64,000 bases of DNA, taken from assembly GCA_047601445.1 (NCBI GenBank), contig JASGJH010000001.1, positions 3,296,001 to 3,360,000 of the forward strand, written 5' to 3'. This DNA comes from Myxococcales bacterium. Lineage in GTDB: Bacteria > Myxococcota_A > Polyangia > Polyangiales > DASUME01. This document shows positions 58,601-64,000 of the stretch, one piece after another (the stretch's first letter is position 1; every line of letters begins with the position of its first letter). Made by a program: the position numbers and the translations under genes. The notes below the pieces were generated by a model that saw only the letters and a program-made list of their open reading frames with translations, had not been told where the DNA came from and searched no databases.

Positions 58601-59917
58601 ATGCAGATCCATCCATTCCTATTGAGCCTGTTTGTCGCCGCGAGTTCGGGGTGTCTATCCGTCAGCGTGGTGCCTCAGGGCGACCACGACGAGCACAGCT
58701 GGCCCAGTGGTGATGGTGATGGTGATGGCGATGGGAGCGCGCCCTGGTCGCCCGTCCACGATGCCGGTCCCGATGGCAGTAGCCCCCCCGCGCCGAACTG
58801 CGACGGCGGCTGTGTGACCCCGCCCCCCTGCGACTGCGATGCTGGATGCGCCGAAGAGAGCTGCACACCGCCTCCCCCTCCTCCGCCGCCGTCATGCGAT
58901 GGGTCATGCACGGGCGAATGCGCCACTCAACCGTCCTGCCAAAAAGCGCCGGCCTGCGTTGAAGGCCACTTGGACTCGATGTGCAGCTTCGAGCCGAGCG
59001 GAACCAAGGGACCCATCATGGCGTACACCTGGCACGGGGACTACCTGTACTGGCTGGAGCAAGGCACCACGGACGCCTCCAACAATCACAACAACGATGG
59101 CGTGCTCGCGCGCACGAAGCTCGGAACCTGGCAGCGCGAGATCATCCTGGAGGGGCTCAACTTGTTCGATGCGCGAACGTTCCGCTATCAGTGGTCTCTC
59201 GACGTAGTCGGCGAAACGATCGTTTGGAACGATGGCAGTTGGTCGTTCTGCAGCGCGAACTACTACTTGGTGTACTCGCGGTATCAGTATCTTACCGGTT
59301 TCGAGAAAAGCGCGTCGATCCGAGGCAACTTTCCCGCTAGTGGTCGGTGTTTCGGGCCAGACGCGGCCTACCGCAGCGAGGTGGACGGATTGTATGCCCT
59401 GAGCTTCGATGGTGTGAGCGAGCCCAAGCTCGTCATCTCGTGGTCGGCCGATAGTCCACCCAGTTGTCAGGTCGTTGGTGATCACCTCTACATCTACAGC
59501 CATGACTACAGCTCGAAGGTTCAGGGCCGTGCTTCGCTCGCATCCCTCACGGGGGATCAACCTGTTTCCCTCGAGCCCGCGACAAGCATCGACGGCGCCA
59601 CGCTGTGGACGAATGGGAACGGCCTGTTGTTGACGTTCATGTCGAATCATGGCGTCGGGGTGACCGCGGACGGGCCTGACTTCGATGCACTCAGCTGGAA
59701 AGCCGTCACGAGACCTGCGGATTCCATCCAAGGGGCAGACAGCAAGTACGTGTACTGGGCAGCCGGTGGCACCGCCTACCGCTCCCCGTTGACCGGCGGC
59801 GCCGAGCAGCCAACGACGTCCTTTGGCTCGGACACGTTGGTGGACTCGAAAGCCGCGGGCAGCGTGATCTACCGCTCGCGAGGCTTTTTCGAGTTCGTGC
59901 CCATGCCCGCGGAATGA
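58601..59917 (+). CDS. Lipoprotein: Cys/Pro-rich stalk plus putative beta-propeller
   Basis: Lipobox SSGC, GDGDGDGDG linker, YLYW and YVYW blade motifs. Confidence 0.75.
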   Translation: MQIHPFLLSLFVAASSGCLSVSVVPQGDHDEHSWPSGDGDGDGDGSAPWSPVHDAGPDGSSPPAPNCDGGCVTPPPCDCDAGCAEESCTPPPPPPPPSCDGSCTGECATQPSCQKAPACVEGHLDSMCSFEPSGTKGPIMAYTWHGDYLYWLEQGTTDASNNHNNDGVLARTKLGTWQREIILEGLNLFDARTFRYQWSLDVVGETIVWNDGSWSFCSANYYLVYSRYQYLTGFEKSASIRGNFPASGRCFGPDAAYRSEVDGLYALSFDGVSEPKLVISWSADSPPSCQVVGDHLYIYSHDYSSKVQGRASLASLTGDQPVSLEPATSIDGATLWTNGNGLLLTFMSNHGVGVTADGPDFDALSWKAVTRPADSIQGADSKYVYWAAGGTAYRSPLTGGAEQPTTSFGSDTLVDSKAAGSVIYRSRGFFEFVPMPAE

Positions 59918-59996
59918 GAGCGGGATAAGCATCCGAACAGTGATTCGCTATTTTGGAGCTCACATCGCTTGGCACCAGTCTCTTCGCCCCTAGAGA

Positions 59997-61295
59997 ATGC
60001 CCATGCCCCCACACTCACCCATGCTGCCCGCCCACCCCCTTGCCCGGCGCGTCGCTCGCCGACCCGGGCTCGTGCCCGCGGTTGCACTCGGCATCGCCCT
60101 CTCGAGCGGCTGCCTGTCCATCGACACGGTGCCCAGAAAGCATCCCGTGGCGGACGCCGGCGCCGATACCAGCACCGGCCCCATCCCTTGCATCGACCGC
60201 GGAACCTACACCGCGGATGGTGCGACCTATCGCGGCCTCGGCCAGACCTGCGATGGAGAACTCACGTGCATCGACGGCGTGTGCCTGCCTTTGCCTGCCT
60301 GCGAGGCCGGCAGCTTGCGGGAGTGTTCGTTCACGCCCGCGGGTCTGCGGGGCGAGCTACAGGGATTCACGCTGTACGAAGGCTACATCTACTGGATGGA
60401 GAGCGGCACCACGGACGAGCGCCACAACCCGCTCGGTGACGGGGCACTCGTGCGTGCGAAGCTGGGCTCGTGGCAGCGCGAGGAGCTCGTCTCGCAGCTC
60501 AATTTCTACGTGGAGGATCAGCGTCAGCTCGTGTTCGCAGATCTGGTCACGACAGACGACACCGCGCTCTGGTCGCTGGTCCAGGGCAGCGAGCGCTACC
60601 CCGGCGGCTATCTCAAGGGGTTGAGCAGTGACAATCGAGTTAGCTCCAAGCTCGCCAACGCGAACTGGTGCGCTGGCCACGACTCTGCCTACCGCGCCTA
60701 TGATGGTCTCTGGATCGCCCCGCTGGATGGCACCGACACGCAAGTGCAGCTCCTGCAAGGCGGCTTCGGCTACTTTCGCTGCTTGGTCGCTGGTGGGCGC
60801 TGGCTGCACGTGCAGGATGATCGTGGCCAAGACATACGCATGCGTATCGACGGGCCCGGGGGCCAGCCTCTGCAACCGGAGTCGTCGACCGTCGTGACCT
60901 TGCTCTCGACGGCCAACGATACCCACTACTTCACCCGCCTGGTCGACGGCTGGATTGGACGCGCCGAGATCAGCGACGACCCGCAGCCAGCGTGGGTTGG
61001 CGTGGCGGGTCCCGGCACGGTCATCAGCGCTGACTCTCGTTTCGTGTACTGGCTGCGCCCGAGTCCCTACGTCGATCCGACCTCGGACTGGTCCCACCCC
61101 GCTCGCACCGACCGCGTGGTGTTCCGCACCGCAGTCGATGGTACCGGCGTGCAGGAAACCATCGCGGAGGTGCTGGAATCCGTCTCCTGGCCGAGCGCCC
61201 TCGGAGACACGGGTGGCGTGCAGGCCGATGCCTCCGGCGTGCTTTGGCGCCGCTCTGGCACCGAGCTGCACTTCATGCCTGGCCCGGCGAACTGA
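59997..61295 (+). CDS. Lipoprotein, paralog of 58601-59917
   Basis: Lipobox SSGC; YIYWMESGTTD...DGALVRAKLGSWQREE shared with the upstream gene. Start uncertain. Confidence 0.75.
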   Translation: MPMPPHSPMLPAHPLARRVARRPGLVPAVALGIALSSGCLSIDTVPRKHPVADAGADTSTGPIPCIDRGTYTADGATYRGLGQTCDGELTCIDGVCLPLPACEAGSLRECSFTPAGLRGELQGFTLYEGYIYWMESGTTDERHNPLGDGALVRAKLGSWQREELVSQLNFYVEDQRQLVFADLVTTDDTALWSLVQGSERYPGGYLKGLSSDNRVSSKLANANWCAGHDSAYRAYDGLWIAPLDGTDTQVQLLQGGFGYFRCLVAGGRWLHVQDDRGQDIRMRIDGPGGQPLQPESSTVVTLLSTANDTHYFTRLVDGWIGRAEISDDPQPAWVGVAGPGTVISADSRFVYWLRPSPYVDPTSDWSHPARTDRVVFRTAVDGTGVQETIAEVLESVSWPSALGDTGGVQADASGVLWRRSGTELHFMPGPAN

Positions 61296-61314
61296 TCCGC
61301 GCGGGGACGCGCGC

Positions 61315-62709
61315 TCAGCTCCGCTTCTGCTTCTTGCCGTTCTGACGCTGCTCTTGCTCGTTGTAGCGCGTGACGTCGTAGGCCCACGCAGGCACCGGCA
61401 CGCCACGCGCCTCGCAGTCGAGCCCATGTAGCAGCGCCGCGTCGCCGAAGAACTCGCGCTTGGCGATGTTTCCGACCTTGCCCTCGCGCAGGCGCTTCTG
61501 GACCGACAGCAAGAGCCGCATGCGTTCACGGATGCGCCGCGGCACCGTGAAGCGCGCCGCCATCTCTTCCACGAAGGCATCGAAGGCCAGGGCCGGATCG
61601 CGCTCGCCCTCCATGTACTCCTCGGCCGGCGATTGCAGCAGCGCAGCGAGTAGGATGGCGTCGTTCGGCAGGCGGTTCTGACCGGCGAGGCGATCCACGG
61701 CCCGCAACCTGCGCCAGGCCACGTCGCCCTCTTCGCCCACGTCGTCCAGGTAGGCCGCGAGCTCGGGGATCATCACCGAGAGCAAGCCCGTGTCCCACAA
61801 CAAGTAGAACGAGCGATGGGCCGCGCCACCGCGCAACAACCGCAAGATCTCCTCGAAGGTGCGCGGAGGGGAGGCACGGCTCACGGTCTGGCGCTGATCG
61901 ATCATGGCCTCGTAGAGGTCCGAGTCGATGCCCAGGTCGAGCCGCGCGCAGAACTTGATGGCCCGCAGGATGCGGATCGGGTCCTCGCGGAAGCGGATGG
62001 CCGGATCGCCGATGGTTCGCACGATGCGGGAGCGCACGTCGCGCACGCCCCCCACGTAGTCGATCACCTCGTCGGCCTCGATGTCGTAGAAGAGCCCGTT
62101 GATCGTGAAGTCGCGTCGGATGGCGTCTTCGTGGGGCTCACCGAACGCGTTGTCATGGCGGATCAGCAGGTCGGCGTCTTCGTCGACCGCGCGCTTGGCC
62201 GGCACGAGTCGCACGCCATCGCCCTCGTCGACCGCGTCGACGGCCACCTCGTCCTCACGCGGATCGCGTCGAAAGGTCGCGACCTCGATGATCTTGCCGC
62301 CCGAGAACAGCACATGGGCCAGGCGGAAGCGGCGCCCGATCACGCGGCAGTTTCGGAACAGCGCCCGCACCTCGTGGGGCCGCGCGCTGGTGGCCACGTC
62401 GAAGTCCTTGGGCTTCTGCCCCAGCAGCAAATCGCGCACGCCCCCGCCGACCAGGTAGGCCGCGTGTCCATTGCGCGTGAGGCGCTTGACGACCTTGGCA
62501 GCGTCGGGGTCGACGCGTTCTTTCGGGACGATGCCGCTGTAGCGCACGGGTTCGGGCACGCTGCGCTTCGTACCACGCCCGAGACGTTGTCGAGGCTCGG
62601 ACTGCACACGTGCGTCCTGGCGCGAGGAAAGACTTGCCGGACGTTCCGAAATTGCGTCGAAGCGGGACTCGCCCGCGAGCACTCCAGAATCGTGGTTTAA
62701 ACGAATCAA
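61315..62709 (-). CDS. pcnB: Poly(A) polymerase I
   Basis: VGGGVRD, DFD, PAP-specific IGRRFRLAHV, RRDFTIN, REDPIRILR. True start probably near 62559-62607. Confidence 0.92.
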   Translation of the reverse strand: MIRLNHDSGVLAGESRFDAISERPASLSSRQDARVQSEPRQRLGRGTKRSVPEPVRYSGIVPKERVDPDAAKVVKRLTRNGHAAYLVGGGVRDLLLGQKPKDFDVATSARPHEVRALFRNCRVIGRRFRLAHVLFSGGKIIEVATFRRDPREDEVAVDAVDEGDGVRLVPAKRAVDEDADLLIRHDNAFGEPHEDAIRRDFTINGLFYDIEADEVIDYVGGVRDVRSRIVRTIGDPAIRFREDPIRILRAIKFCARLDLGIDSDLYEAMIDQRQTVSRASPPRTFEEILRLLRGGAAHRSFYLLWDTGLLSVMIPELAAYLDDVGEEGDVAWRRLRAVDRLAGQNRLPNDAILLAALLQSPAEEYMEGERDPALAFDAFVEEMAARFTVPRRIRERMRLLLSVQKRLREGKVGNIAKREFFGDAALLHGLDCEARGVPVPAWAYDVTRYNEQEQRQNGKKQKRS

Positions 62710-62742
62710 CCCATCAACCTGTCAAATACGGGCCCGTAGGCC

Positions 62743-63861
62743 ATGACTTCCGTAAGCTCCGCCGCCATGACGAACGCTGTAGTGCGACGCTTGGCTGGGC
62801 AGGTCCTGGTGGCCGGATTCCCGGGCACCGAGGCCCCCGAGGAACTTCTGCGCGCAACGGAACGCGGCGAACTCGGTGGCATTCTTCTATTTAAGCGAAA
62901 CCTTGGGCAAATGCACGAAGTGGCCGCATTGGTGGCTCGCTTCGTCGAACGGACGCCCCACGATTCCCCACTCCTCGTGGCGGTGGACCAGGAGGGCGGG
63001 CGCGTGGCTCGGCTGCCCGCGCCGGTGGTTCGTCTGCCCCCCATGGCCAAGCTCGCGGCGCTCGGCGATCTGGAGCTCACCGAGCGCGCCGGGAGGTTGC
63101 TCGGCAGCCAGCTGGCCGCCCTCGGATTCAATATGAATTTCGCGCCCGTGCTGGATGTGAACACCAACCCGGCCAACCCCGTGATCGGCGATCGCTCGTT
63201 CGGCGCCGAGGCCCCCCAGGTGATCGCACAGGCGCTGGCCTTCGCGCGCGGCCTGGAGGCGCCCGGCGGGGTGCTCAGCTGCGGCAAGCACTTCCCGGGA
63301 CATGGTGATACCGACCTCGACTCCCATCTTGCCCTACCTCGCCTGGCCCACGATCGCGAGCGTCTCGATCACGTCGAATTGGCCCCCTTCCGCGCGGCGC
63401 GCGGCCAGCTCGCGGCCCTGATGACGGCGCATGTGGTCTTCGAAGCCCTGGCTCCCGGTGTGCCTGCGACACTCGCCCCCCAAGTAGTCACCGATCTGTT
63501 GCGTGGGGAGCTCGGTTACGACGGACTTGTGATAAGCGACGACCTCGAAATGAAAGCCATCGCGGACCATTACGGCGTGGAACAAGCCGCTTGCCTTGCC
63601 ATCGAGGCCGGCTGCGACACGCTGCTCGTGTGCTCTCGCCTCGACTGGCTTGCGCGCGCCCAGCATGCGCTCGCAGAAAAGGCAGCTACGGATCTTCGCT
63701 TCAGGCAACGCTTGGAAATTGCCGCAGAGCGCTCGCAGCGCGTGCGTGCCCAGAGAGCCCCCGCTCCCGTGACCTCGCCTGCTCAACTCGAGCAGGCCTT
63801 GGCCGTCGAAGCCGCGCACGAGCTAGCGCGCGAGATCGACGAGCGAATCCAGCGGGCGTGA
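62743..63861 (+). CDS. nagZ: Beta-N-acetylhexosaminidase (GH3)
   Basis: DQEGGRV, KHFPGHGDTDLDSH, SDDLEM. Confidence 0.93.
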   Translation: MTSVSSAAMTNAVVRRLAGQVLVAGFPGTEAPEELLRATERGELGGILLFKRNLGQMHEVAALVARFVERTPHDSPLLVAVDQEGGRVARLPAPVVRLPPMAKLAALGDLELTERAGRLLGSQLAALGFNMNFAPVLDVNTNPANPVIGDRSFGAEAPQVIAQALAFARGLEAPGGVLSCGKHFPGHGDTDLDSHLALPRLAHDRERLDHVELAPFRAARGQLAALMTAHVVFEALAPGVPATLAPQVVTDLLRGELGYDGLVISDDLEMKAIADHYGVEQAACLAIEAGCDTLLVCSRLDWLARAQHALAEKAATDLRFRQRLEIAAERSQRVRAQRAPAPVTSPAQLEQALAVEAAHELAREIDERIQRA

Positions 63862-64000
63862 TGGGCCGCTGGCTCCTCAGCGCCTGCCTCGGGCTCATGC
63901 TCGGTTTCTGGGGAGATTTGCCCCAGGCGCGGGCGCAGGCGCAGGGCGGCTTCACCAGCAACAACTATTCGATCGATCTGTTTACCGGACCGGTGGTGGC
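63861..64000 (+). CDS. Secreted protein, N-terminal fragment truncated by window
   Basis: TGATG overlap with nagZ; MGRWLLSACLGLMLGFWGDLPQARAQ...YSIDLFTGPVV. Confidence 0.6.
   Translation, partial: MGRWLLSACLGLMLGFWGDLPQARAQAQGGFTSNNYSIDLFTGPVV

Noticed and set aside
58709..58735. GGTGAT repeat as a phase-variation tract
   Set aside because: The unit is 6 bp and in frame, encoding a common Gly-Asp linker.

Overview
GC-rich bacterial chromosomal segment. The gene repertoire (Cys-rich lipoproteins, DUF6184-type lipoprotein, TPR-PEGA protein, Hanks-type Ser/Thr kinases, REC-Xre regulator, FHA and PilZ proteins) points to a myxobacterium, probably Polyangia (inference). It holds about 58 CDS and one tRNA-Pro(CGG). 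I saw no rRNA, CRISPR array, integrase, transposase or phage genes. Housekeeping genes include rsmB, rseP, murI, coaX, pcnB, nagZ, clsB, an HtrA protease and a FadF-like oxidoreductase. The most interesting parts are: (1) a kaiC-kaiB-hybrid histidine kinase operon with no kaiA, a KaiC with Ser-Ser phosphosites and a coiled-coil tail, and a divergent soluble Ser/Thr kinase (15.4-20.6 kb); (2) a ketosynthase-free cassette of acyltransferase, ACP, reductase, adenylating ligase, second acyltransferase and hydrolase (10.9-15.4 kb); (3) an orphan fliO-fliP/sctR pair coupled to envelope genes; (4) a histidine-kinase-like protein lacking its ATPase domain, paired with a complete kinase; (5) an ECF sigma/membrane Ser/Thr kinase module flanked by lipoproteins; (6) several structured intergenic palindromes and recognisable promoters. 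All family assignments come from reading motifs by eye, not from database searches, and many start codons are best estimates.
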